From the NCBI GenBank assembly GCA_051530055.1, contig CM121341.1, positions 6,178,784 to 6,242,783 on the forward strand: DNA of 64,000 nt, written 5' to 3'. A model generated the notes under the pieces. It was not told the origin of the DNA. It saw nothing but the letters and a program-made list of their open reading frames with translations, and made no database searches. Position 1 is the stretch's first letter. Each line of letters starts with the position of its first letter. Position numbers and translations under genes: made by a program. Source of the DNA: Neoechinorhynchus agilis. Taxonomy: Eukaryota; Animalia; Acanthocephala. Shown here piece after piece: positions 52,833 through 64,000 of this stretch.

Positions 52833-53561
52833 CTACAATCAATGGGGAATGTTTTGAAAGATGCGAATTGTCTTCCTACCACCGTACAATATTTATATTC
52901 TAAACTCAAAATAATTTGTGTCAACTCTATAACAGAAATTGAAATCAAAAGAACTAGGTAACAACAGTATCCTCTCGGACGACGCTTTCTGCTCCTAAAA
53001 GCACAAAACATTTCAATCGTGAAAGCAACGAAGTGTCGCTCTCGCGATATATGGATTTAATGCTATCCATGAGCTGGGTTAAGGAGATAAAAAAAGTGTA
53101 AACATATATATACCCCACTCATAGCCCAAGATTCCCAAGCAAAAAATCTGATGAAGATCCATTCAAGAAAATTTTAAATCTCAAACCACGTGGCGTTGAA
53201 AGTTTCTTAGGGTTTTTTACGGGTGTCTAATGAGGGTAAGGCAGTAAATAGTGATAAAAATGTCACATTTCTAAATGAGATCTGTAAAGTCAAATAATCT
53301 AAGATTCTAAACTTAAACAGCGTAACTGTTAAAAGAAAAAGTTTCACATATTAACAGCAATTTAGAACGAACTAATCAATAAAAAACATCATTGAGAACG
53401 TAATCGTTTAAGGTTATTTTGGTTCCAACACAAACTCATTTCAACGTCGTCCTAGTAGACGTTGAGATTCTATGAGAACAAAGCTAACTTTGAAGTGGAT
53501 ATTGGAAATCAGTGCAATATTCTGAGAAAACAGCAAAAAATCACGCCGCGACCGTCAGTTT

Positions 53562-55627
53562 TCATTTTGGGCGATTTTTTTTAACAAATTCCGTTGTCCG
53601 CTCTCGTTTTAAAATCAAATTCTTCAAATTTGTAGCTAAGTTTAGGTGATCATGGGGATATAGCTAAAAAGCATACATGATTGGCGTTATTCGTCAAAAG
53701 ATCATACCAAGATAGGACGATAGCCCAAGACTTTGAGCTGTCTCACTTTTGATTGAACCGTTTGTATCGGTTGAGTTGGCGCATTCGAATATGTTTCATC
53801 TTCACTCAAAAACTGAACAACAAACATGCCATGAGAACGAATGCCAACAACTATATCTTTAAATTCACAATGAGACTTAATGGGAACCAATAATAGTAAT
53901 GAAAGTACCTGGAATTTTAAAATGTCTAAGTTGAAATCTATTGTCAATTAGTCTGCATCCGTCTAAATCCATTAAGGTTTGAAGAAAATCGGTTATCATA
54001 GGGCGCCTTTTGAGTTCCTTTCTCCATGAACCGAATAAATGGGATGGAAGATCAGCCTGCCGTAAAAAATTAAGTCCAATACTTTGTCCAGAAAACCATA
54101 ATTTGTGTTTCAGTTTCGATTCTAAATCACGGTGAGAACAATTGAAGTTAACGAATAATAAAGATTAGTAGGAGGAAAACAGTGTGGACAATTCGAACCT
54201 TTAAAATTCTCCATGGATAAACTTGTAATTTTTGCATTGAGTTCATCATTTTTGTACAAGTGTTTGGATAATTGATAGATTGTTTCCAAAAGAAAAGAGG
54301 GTCTTCGTTCAAAGTACATTTTCTTTTGCTTTATTAGCGTTAGAGCGTAAGAAGCAACGGTATGGCAGGTACAAGCGTTATACTCAAGTCCTGCCCAAAG
54401 GCAAATAAGAACATCTTTTGGTCTAATGTACATGTACCAAAATGTGGTTGAGTCAATTTGAAGTGTTACATCGTCAGAAAGATGACTTCTAAATTCAAAA
54501 CTAGGAAGATATCTACATGATTGCATGAACTGTAAAAGTCTTGCTAAGATTCGAGTTGAACGGTACGTTAAGTGGTTGGCGAAAAGATTAATAATCGCGT
54601 ATTGGTCTAGTAGAGAACACAATTCCAGATAGTCCGGGTGAATTGAACTTTTTAAAACGAAGGACAATGATATAGAACAAAAACCTTCAAAGGCCTAAAG
54701 TTGAGATCAATTTAACACTTAGTCTCTCTCTCTCGATCATTGCTCCTATCTAAATAAAATTGTTCATTCGTTTTCTTTATACATAAAAACCTTAGTCCGA
54801 AAAGGAAAAATAAGTCAAATTCTGACCAAAAGTGAAATAAACAAATTAGCAGCCAAATTAATGGACAAAAGAGCGATAAATTGCACTAACAAAAATATTG
54901 AAAAGATAATTCATAGTTCTACAATTGATTATTAAATTCAATATTTCGATCCCCAATCTTGGACCTTCTTCAGAATTGTTTGCAAGTGGATCGAAATATT
55001 GAACTTAATAAATAATCAATTGTAGTTCTCCAAAACAATGAACAAAAATCTCATTTTCAGAAAAAAAGGAGCATTACAAAAGAAGAAATTTCAAACGATT
55101 ACGTTAACTCAGTGGACGTCCTCCGTTTTTGTACACTCCTTCTTCTCATCAGTTTCTCGAGTAAGACATAGAATCTTGAGAACATCCGCGATAGTGCAAT
55201 CGTCCAAGCGATCGATTCCGTCCACCAAATGTTCAATAACGAAATGTGCAATCTGAACATTCGCACTAGTTTTTGTCCGGAATAAAGACCAGCACATTAA
55301 ATTAAGTTCCCAAGACTCCAATCGTTGCGAACACTTCGCAATTCGATGAGCAAGAAACAGTGGACACGTCGATGGACATCGCCGAACTCCAAAATGAAAA
55401 AGGAAATGAAGTAACTCTTGGACAGAGGTACAGCCGGCGCCACTGCGTAATAAAGCGCTCACGTCTTTATCAAGATCGACGCAGTCGTTTTCAATCGAGA
55501 ATCGATCAAATCGAAGGAAATTTTGGTCAGCACGAAACAAAGACTTGAACCGAGTAGGTCGGGATACGCGGTGAAAGAACTCAAGCTCAAACGGTAGAGT
55601 CTTAATGAAACGGCGCGGAAAATGCAT
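53562..55627 (-). CDS. FASTK-family (RAP-domain) mitochondrial RNA-binding protein, multi-exon
   Basis: Arg/Phe-rich presequence-like N-terminus, helical repeats, and a C-terminal RAP-like motif VVQFLSEDETYSN..VQSKVRQLKVLGYRPIL. Confidence 0.65.
54919..55025. repeat. Short inverted repeat (about 35-bp arms, about 35-bp spacer) in a FASTK-gene intron
   Basis: CTACAATTGATTATTAAATTCAATATTTCGATCC versus GGATCGAAATATTGAACTTAATAAATAATCAATTGTAG. Confidence 0.85.
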
Positions 55628-56121
55628 GTACCAACGATGACCGTAATGTTCGCAGCACCAGAATGGTAATTCAAATAAGCGCTCTGTATACGAATGAATT
55701 TAAAGGTGAAGAATCGAGATTTTGTGTATCCGTACAAAAGGGCGAAAATCTATTTTCCTCACGGATACTCAGAATCTCTATTCTTAACCCCCACGAACAA
55801 TAAAAATAACTTTATTTCCGGCGAGATTGGGGTACTTCTCCATCTTCTCGAATGACTCAAAGTCCAATTTTAAGAAGCACCATAGTTCCCCCGGTTTCGT
55901 TGTTCATGAATAAAACGTGTTATTATATTCCCTAAATCAAATTTGGTTGAAGTTTTATAGGGTTCCAAATGTCTTTAACGCGATCCTCAACGAAGAAGAA
56001 ACCTTTTTCCCCCTGTGACTGTTTTTACTTTTTCGAAATATCTTTAAAAAAGATAATTTTTTGTTTCCGGTGTTGCTCCTTGTTGATGATTTGGTTGATT
56101 AGTCGTGTAATTTCCTTTGAG

Positions 56122-56851
56122 ATGTCCACTTGGAAGAAAATAAGCGAATCGACCCGTCGAAAGCACTTTGAACGTGGTCAGCATGCGGATAGATTGCATC
56201 TTGGAATGCTGGAGAAACATCCTGACTACAAGCTAAGAGCCGACGATTATAATCGCAAACGTCGAACACTCTATAGACTCCGTCAAAAAGCACTAAACCG
56301 GAATTCGGATGAGTTTTTTTTTGGAATGATCCGCACTCGTAACCGAAACGGAATTCATAATCTCAAGGACAGAGTAATGAATTTTACACGAGATGAACTG
56401 AAACTCATTGGCAATAGTGATCGCAAATATGTTGACTTTCGATTGCAATTGGAAAAAAGGAAATTGGAAAAATTGACATGCGCTGCTAATGCAGTGGAAG
56501 CAGCTAACAAAATTATTAGGTTCTTCGACAATGAAGAGGAGGCTAAAACTGCGGCTGAAATGAACATTGAACCTCTAGTCAAATTTAATCCAAGGCGGCA
56601 AAATAGCGAAATTGATAAAAGGAGGCGGCGTGTGGAAAGTTTAACAAAAGTGGCAAATGCTCTTCAACAGCCTGATATCTATGCTCAAATTCTGACGGAA
56701 GCATCATGACACTCTGGCACATAATTGTTAAGCTGATATTTCTTTTAAAATGTGCAAGATTGAACTAAAAAAGGACGATGATATGCTTATAGATGATGAT
56801 GATGTACCCAAGATTCGAGAACACTATCCACGATACGTGCGAAAGAGGTAG
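56122..56851 (+). CDS. UTP11: U3 snoRNA-associated protein 11, with a probable terminal exon at 56759-56851
   Basis: RRKHFERGQ..RLHLGMLEKHPDYKLRADDYNRK..LRQKALNRNSDEFFFGM; downstream exon ends YPRYVRKR* like the UTP11 RKR tail. Confidence 0.9.
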
Positions 56852-57219
56852 AGATCCGGGTAAGTGATTTTGATGGATATCGAATAAGCGTTTTAAGACA
56901 GTGATTGTTGGATTACCGAAACTGATAGAATCATGATTTGTCGACCTTTCATTCACATTTTCGACTACTTTTCAATGGCGCTCTTATATATTTTTGTTTC
57001 TAATAATGTTTTGTGTAACATCCCTTTTGTCGAAGCTTTATCATGCTGCCTATTTTGTGTGATTTAAGCCTTGTTTATCATTTAGTTTCTTTAAAAGACA
57101 CCGCCCAGTCTTTCATCAATTGATAAATCAATTCATCAATTGAGTGCATACCAATATCATCTCATTCGTAATAAGTAAAAAAAGAAGTCTAGTCAGGCTG
57201 GATATTATAATAATACGTT

Positions 57220-60200
57220 TTATTAATCTTTGTAGTCCGGCCTCAGGATGTCCGTTCGAGTGAGAATTTCTGGTCGGAGATGCCCGTTCGTTTGTAGAAG
57301 GTCTGTTTTGGTGGGAAAGTAGGTGGTTATTGCTTGCAGGAGCACTTGTGAGGTTGGGTCTTTCCTCAGGTTCATTTCAAGTTCTGGTATCCGAGAGAAG
57401 ATTGGCGGCATGGAAAAAGGAGCGTAGGTATGTGGAGGTGCAGGATTGAGGGAGGATGAAACGAATTAGGATTACGAGTGTTGTGCTCGTGTGAAAAGGG
57501 GGCGATATGTGGTAGAAATTATAAGAAAAGTTTAGAGTGAGAGGAAAGAGGTTTGAGGTCGTTTAGGAAAATATTAAAGGGAAGTACGCATTTGGTGAGG
57601 GATAGATTGATAGAGGAAGTAGAATGGCAGTGAATGTATTGTTTGCGATTGTGAAAATAAGAGGCGAGCCAGAGGATCTGCCACAATTTTGGACCAAAAT
57701 CAAAGCAGCCCTGGAGATGGATTGAATGGTATACGGAGTCGAATGCTTTCGAAAAGTACAGTTGAATGAGACGGGTGACGTGGGAGGGATTATTGTCGTG
57801 CCATAAATGCAAACTAGGTGTCGGTTGCAGAAAATTTGGGCCTGAAGCCGAATTGTAGAGGCGATAACTTATCGTTGAGAAGTGAAAGAAGGCGATATAT
57901 AAAACATTTTTCGATGATTTTTGAAAGAGCGGGTAAATTTTATATTGGACGGAATGATTCGGTGGAAATAGGATGTTCTTTTTTGGAACAAGTATAACTT
58001 TAGCAGTTTTCAGGTAGTTATTTGTAATGTAGGTAAGAGGGCTGATGAGTTCGGGGATGATTCAGTGAAGAGTCCAGTTTGGGATTTCGGATTGAGAGGA
58101 CGAATTTCGAGGTAATTTCTTGAGATGTTGTAGTACTTCGTATGACGAAACTAAGCGAAGTATTGGAGATTTGACAGAAGTTTCAAGTGCGGGCGTGAAA
58201 GATTGTGGAGACTGATATTGAGCAGTGATCGTAAATTGAGTCAGGGCAGAGGTCCTGATTGACGGAGTCTAGAATCTGTTTTAATTCAGTGGTAGTCAAA
58301 CGCGAATTTCGTAAGGGACGCACGAAGGAAAGGTTTCGTTGCCGTTTTTCAAAGCGATCCCTGACCGAACGTGTCTCTTCGAGTTGAGAACGGCGAACTC
58401 CCCCAACATCTTTGAACCCGCTTATCCAACTCTGAACAGCGGCAGCTCCCTGATGTCCACATTTCTTTTCTTGTCCCTGAGAGTGTACCTGCTGCACATC
58501 TAAGCATCCTCACCTCGTTCGTTTCTAGTCTTCTGAGGTCGTTTTGCTTGGTCGTCCAAATTTCTGCGCCGTCGCTCCCGGTCTCGAACACCCGCCCTTT
58601 CAGTTTTGGTGAGATCCTTTAGTCCGATAGTGCACTAGACATCTTCCTCCAGTTGAGCCACCCGCTTTATATACGAGCAGTTATTTCGGGTTTGAGGGAA
58701 TTTGTCATATTTACTTCGCTGCATAGATATTTCACTGTTCCTCTCATCGTCAAATCCACACCTTCTAACTTTAGCGCTCCCTGTCCCATGCATATTGTCT
58801 TCAACCTGTTTACCATATGACCGTTGGCTTCCAATGCCTCACTCCACCCTTCCAGACTTCGCTGAGCCTCTTCACATGTTTCAGCTGTCACAATCAAGTC
58901 ATCAGCGACCAATAGTGTCCTTGAAGGCTTTCGGGTGATTTGCTTAGAACCCAACACATCCATGATCGTGACGAATAGGAACGGACTGAGAGCTGATCCC
59001 TGATGCAATCCAACTGTAACCTCAAAATAGTTTGTCTCTCCCACACTGCATCTGACACAAGTGCAGGATCCTTCGTATATGATCTGGATTGCTCTTATGT
59101 ATTCCTCGGGACAGTTCTTCTTTCTGCCCGCCAAGGACGGTCCCAAGCCCGGCTGAAAAAGGAGGAGGGTTGGCGTCAGGAATTGCATCGGGCTGTAAAA
59201 TTCTAGTTAAATTTTGACCCAAATGACAACCAACAACCGAATCAACCAAAGGGTCCTCTTCTTAAACAAAATAAAAATAAAACGTGTTGTTGTACCCGGG
59301 AAGGATATCCGAATTGCGGTTGAAGAAGGTATGCCACGTTTCTCTTAAGATGACTACGTCGGCTTTTGAGGTAGATGAAATGAATGAAATTTCGTTTAGG
59401 AAGGAGGCCACGAGGATCGGGGTAGATTACGATGGGGAAGGGAATTTTGAATTTCAGCAAACCGGGGCGGAAATGAGGAAGATTGAGGTTACATTGATCG
59501 TTGCCGGTCATGGATTAATAACACGTGTTACAGGTTGCCGACAAAGAACGATTGATTATCCCAACGAGAGAAGTCCAGGAGCGAATCAAAAATATGAGTG
59601 ATTGATAATGATATAAACGAGTTTAGAGTTGAGACTTAACTACGTTTTTGTGTAGGGGTAGAGCGATAATAATTTGCTTGTTTTGGGAGAAAGAGAGTGT
59701 GTAATGTGGAAGGGCTGGGAGATTGACCTTTGTGGTTTTGCACGTTGTCAAGGAAGTTGGGAAGTCGCTTACTTTCGAGTTTTTGGGATGGGGGAGATGT
59801 TCGTGTGTGTTCGCTAAAAGTGAAGGATTATATTGGGAAGATGAGGTCTGTGTTGGGTTCGGAGAGATGGTGGAAAGATTTTTGATGAATTTTTATGTGG
59901 ATAGATACGAAAAGAAAGTTGAGAAGGAGTTTGTACCTCCTGTTAAGAATGAGGGAGGCTACGAGTGGTGAAATAAAAGTTACTTTGAGGAGAAGTGGTC
60001 TCGGGTTAAAGGGATTTCTGGAGAGAATGTCCATAACAGTTGACGGAGGAAGGAATAGTAGAGTGAATGTCGGGGAAAAGGAGTTGACCGATACGAAAAA
60101 TTTGGTGGTTGTGTGCATCAGCGGCGACAGGATCTATAGCAGGGGCTTCCGGCATATCAGAAATAAAAATGGTGCGATTTATATCCTTGAAGGAGGAGTG

Positions 60201-60400
60201 CATGATACGATGGGTCGAATTCCGAGCAACGAGGGATGATGGCCGTTTGTGGAGAAGGCGTAACAGAAATAAATCGAAGGGTTGATTGATTTTGATGATG
60301 TCAACCTTATATCCTTATAGTTATTTGTTTCTCCTATTGCCTTTTTCCCCATTCGTTCAGATGTATCTTTGACCTGTTCTTCAACCGTAGCTCTCTTAGT
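57220..60400 (-). mobile_element. Degenerate CR1/L2/Jockey-group LINE (ORF1, endonuclease and RT remnants), interrupted by an RTE fragment
   Basis: ORF1-like RTIFISDMPE and RPLLLKVTFIS..ILNRRYKL (59.8-60.2 kb); NLNLPH endonuclease-like piece (about 59.5 kb); RT remnants LKKLPRNSSS..IPNW, KTAKVILVPKK, FSKAFDSVYH, WLASYFHNRKQ, FNIFLNDL (57.5-58.2 kb); many stops and frameshifts. Confidence 0.75.
58330..59205 (-). mobile_element. 5'-truncated RTE-clade retrotransposon fragment (RT and 3' region)
   Basis: CPEEYIRAIQIIYEG..VGETNYFEVTVGLHQGSALSPFLFVTIMD..VADDL..KYL..EITARI*SGW.NWRK..PKLKGRVF..GAEIW..RRLETNEVRMLR, an RTE-type RT. Confidence 0.88.
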
Positions 60401-60769
60401 AGTTACATCAACCGAATCGCTTTCGGTTTTCCTATCGTTACCTTTAATCGGAGTCACAATATCATACTCCTCCGCAATAATTTTAGAATCATTAAGTACT
60501 TCAGGCTGAATATCCTTTAAGAATCCGGTTTATTGGACCACCGTTTAATTGGATCAACTGCTTATTAGTACCAAATTCTAAAGACATGAATTAAATGTAT
60601 TTACATGAACGTAATATAGAGCTAAATCCGGCGGTTAATCAAGCCAAATGGGACTTTAACCCGATCCATCTCGGGAGTTGATATCCGAAGAAAATCCTTT
60701 TGAAGAGTCGACATTGTTTAATATAACCTTCAGAAATCATTCACACCACCGCTCTGGATTACTCAGCTG

Positions 60770-61400
60770 CCGTCCTGGTGTAACGTTCGAAAGGGTGGAC
60801 GCGGCGTTCCTGTTGCTTAGCTAAACTTATGTTCTGAAGGAGAAATCCTCCTGATCTCGGATTGAAAAGTGATTCGTCTCAATCTTTTTTTTGGACAATT
60901 GATCAGTTCTTAAGCCGCGGTACCAAACGACCCGAGCGTAATGATTTCGTCCGAGGTCCTTGTATTTTGTCTTTTTACGTTCCTCAGCGGCAGTTTCTGC
61001 TTCCCCTCTGATTTAATAGCGGCCAATTTTATGTTGCTGGCTGCCTCCCTTCACCGCGAGAATACTGTGACACGGTCCGGTCCACGGTGGCCATTGAGTC
61101 TGCAAAGATTGCTCGCCTCTGGGATGTTGGGCGCATTCACAGTATTCGGGGCACGACTAAGAGAGAGTTGCGTTCACTTCAGCGTGTCGTGAGCCCGATT
61201 GCCGACAGACGCGACCACGGAGTCCGGATTATTCCGCAGCGACAGCGATGTGCACATCTGTACGCCCCAAGTCTCAGTGGGACACTTGGATCCTTATTGT
61301 TTCGTCGGAGTTTACCCACAGAAGCGTTCGGGTGCCGCCAATTGAGTGGCCAGGTCACGAGAATCTGAAACTAAAGAGTTATGGATTCTCGCTAGCCGGG
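60770..61400 (-). pseudogene. Second decayed RLE-type (CRE-like) non-LTR retrotransposon fragment
   Basis: Minus strand across frameshifts: PLRLGAYRCAHRCRCG (zinc knuckle), SRHAEVN, NLCRLNGHRGPD, AETAAEERKKTKYKDL, TLGSFG, FLLQNISLA. Confidence 0.78.
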
Positions 61401-62017
61401 ATTGGTCCCCGGGCATCCTAGTAGCCATACAAAAGAGGCATTTTTTCGCCTTTATCCGACTTATGATCACCTCAAAGTCCACATAATTCCTAAAGATTTT
61501 GATGATCACTCAGAAATGCATCCTAGTGATTAATGAAACTAAGTTTTCTATTGGTTCACTGGCTATCAAGAGCGTTTCCTCTTTTGCAAGTTTTTTGACT
61601 TTGCACTAAAAGAGTCTCACGATTAAATTTTCAACGTTCTTCAGCACTTTTTGTCCATTTGTGGTTGTCCATTTCCACCAATGGTTGCATGACCGAATAC
61701 GCGTTTTCGCATTGTCGTGTCCGCCGATACTTTCCATTTATTATATCGACAAACGCACGCGTCGTGTGTATAAGCAGATTCACGAAGAGGCACAAACTGA
61801 AAGCGCCAACACGCAGCAAGATGATCCAACTTTCCCACAAGAAGTATCTCAATCGGACGCGATTTCGGCAATCGACGAAGCATTTAAACGTAAGCTCATT
61901 TTCTAGGTTTCCACACTCTTCTCGAATTAGATCAAGAAGAGGTTTCAATCGATCTTATCCGAACTATTACCAATGTCCTTCCGACGTGACGATGAAATAC
62001 TTTATTCAATCGATTAC

Positions 62018-63278
62018 ATGCGACCAAACAATCAGCTCAATGAATCTTTTAACTCTGGTGAATCACTGAGGTAAATTTGCCTTTAAAGGAACGCTATCAC
62101 ACATTATCTTTAGTAACTCTACCCGCCCGATCGCTTCATCGATCATTGTAGACCAGTCAAACGAATCAATCGATAGTCTAACGTACACCGATATAACAAT
62201 CCAAAAGTTCTCTCATCTATGGGTCATTGATAACTTTCATACTTACATCGATGATCCCGTTGAAAGTGTGTGTCTAACAAGTACAACATTCTCACCTCCA
62301 AACATATCTTCAACTCGAGAAAAGAATCCCAATAAATTCCGACTCTTATTCTATCCCAAAGAAACTCCAATGTCTCTCAAATTGAACTACATACAAGGAG
62401 CCGGTGCCTTGAAAGTCCGGGCAAAGTTCTTTATCATTTCGGACTCCTACGAGAACAATCAAATCGAGATTTCAAATAACGCGAGATTCCACATCTACAA
62501 TGGCCCTAGTTATTCGAACTATATGGCGACTTCAAATCCTGTAACATTGAGAGAAGATGTGATCAATAATGCACTTATAACTAACGATCGACTCCGAATT
62601 TTATTAAAGATGGAGATAATGGGCTCCCCCAAATCGGAGAGCATTGCCACCGCTTCCATGCATTCGCTGGATACCACCAATTCAAATGTTTCATCCGACT
62701 TGAAACGATTGTTTGATTCTGGAGAGTTCGCAGACACAAAGGTGATCGTAAAGTGGCGTGAAAATAACTTGTCCTCTAATTGTTCCGAGTTACTGAACCC
62801 GTTTGAATATGAAGACACATTTAATGTACACAAGACTATCCTTGCTGCAAGAAGCCCCGTTTTTAAAGTGATGCTTACAAGTTCATACACAACCGAGAAC
62901 CAAAGTGGTCAGGTAAAGATCGAAGAGTTTTCTCCGCATACAATTAACTACTTTCTGGAGTTTCTTTATGCGGGCCAATTGAGTAAATGCGATTGCGATT
63001 ATATTGAACTTTTCCGAGTTGCTGATAAGTACGAGGTCAGCGATCTAAGACTGCTGTGTGAGCAGAAATTGGTTGCGCTGATCAAAAGTGAGAATGCAGC
63101 GGAGATTCTACTTTTAGCCGACTTGTGCCGATCGTCAGTTCTCAAAAACGAAGCAATCGAGTTTGTGGCTCGGCATGTTGATGAAGTCGTTGCGAGTGAA
63201 GGCTGGAGCAAGTACGTTGTTTGCGAACACGAACTTGTCACCCAAGTTCTCAAGTTCACCGGATCATTAATCAACTAA
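62018..63278 (+). CDS. MATH-BTB (SPOP-like) Cullin-3 substrate adaptor
   Basis: Exon 62018-62070, 43-nt intron 62071-62113, then MATH (KFSHLWVIDNF..STTFS..FRLLFYPK) and BTB/BACK (FNVHKTILAARSPVF, FLEFLYAG, ADKYEVSDLRLLCE, ENAAEILLLADL). Confidence 0.88.
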
Positions 63279-64000
63279 AAATTAGTTTTCATCGTCCGAA
63301 TATGGACGATAGGGTTTTTGTCGAGACCTTACACGTAAACGAGAGTATAAACGCTAATATGTATTTTTGAACCGTACGAAAAGTTGGTGGGAAAGCTCTC
63401 GTTTAGTACACATTGTCCGACTTGTTAGCGATTACGCTCAAGTGAGACGTCCATTGACTCCCATGAATCCTAGAGTTTAATGGTTTTTGATTTTTTGGAC
63501 GTTGAGGGACACACACAATCTTTTATTGAATCCGATATTTCGGCGCCTCACGCCTTCTTCAGGTTCCTTGATAATCTAAAACACACAAAGGGAGTTCACA
63601 AGAGGTCCATGCTCCCTGTCAATTCGTCAGTTTAATTTTAATCCTAGTAACTTTAGTGCTTCTACACCCACAAAAAATCATCGTACTAATGAGAGTAATC
63701 ACATCCTAAAAAAACACAGATCTGAGCATTTTTATCATAAACGTGAAATGTGAAAAGAACATTTGGGCTGCCGTAATGATAAAAGAGCTATGTTTTCGCC
63801 GTAAAATCAACCATTTTTTCACAAGACCGTTTTATTGGAACAGAAACAAACTTGACGATTATAACCAAACGAATCTGTACACACACATTCATACCCGCAT
63901 TACTTTCATATTGCTTCTTTTTTTGTGTTTGCCAACTTTTGTCACCGTTTTTAAAGCTCACAGACCCTTAGTATCCGTCCAGCAGCGAGCATCGTTGTAT

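Noticed and set aside
60760-61400. Structured ncRNA (several plus-strand hairpins, T9 run, 5S-like CTGATCTCGGA)
   Set aside because: The minus strand translates into RLE retrotransposon motifs across the whole segment, and no full 5S, snRNA, SRP or RNase P pattern is present.

Overview
Eukaryotic genomic DNA from a compact genome with short introns, probably an animal (HMG-box AND-1/WDHD1, GCC1-type GRIP golgin, FASTK-family and SPOP-like genes; this taxonomic call is inference). The first 30 kb are satellite DNA in three nested layers: (i) 1-7.8 kb, about 370 copies of a 21-bp unit built around the perfect palindrome GATGACGTCATC (CRE octamer core) plus a T5 tract; (ii) 7.8-29.2 kb, about 75 copies of a 283-bp unit; (iii) 29.2-30.05 kb, a fringe of diverged 141-142-bp monomers. 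Comparing (ii) with (iii) shows that the 283-mer is the short monomer plus a 135-bp insert that begins TGT, ends ACA and is flanked by a 5-bp AAAAT duplication, i.e. a solo-LTR-like insertion later amplified as a satellite. The remaining 34 kb hold intron-containing housekeeping genes (ASCC2, GBA2, METTL1/TRM8, WDHD1, GCC1-like, FASTK-family, UTP11, SPOP-like, plus hypotheticals), three intergenic tandem arrays with effective periods near 250-260 bp, a foldback element in an ASCC2 intron, and decayed non-LTR retrotransposons (CR1/L2-like with a nested RTE piece, and two CRE-like RLE fragments). METTL1 has a 46-nt, hairpin-containing frame break that no alignment-compatible GT-AG intron explains. 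Gene names come from recalled family motifs; no database search was run, and exon models were read by eye.
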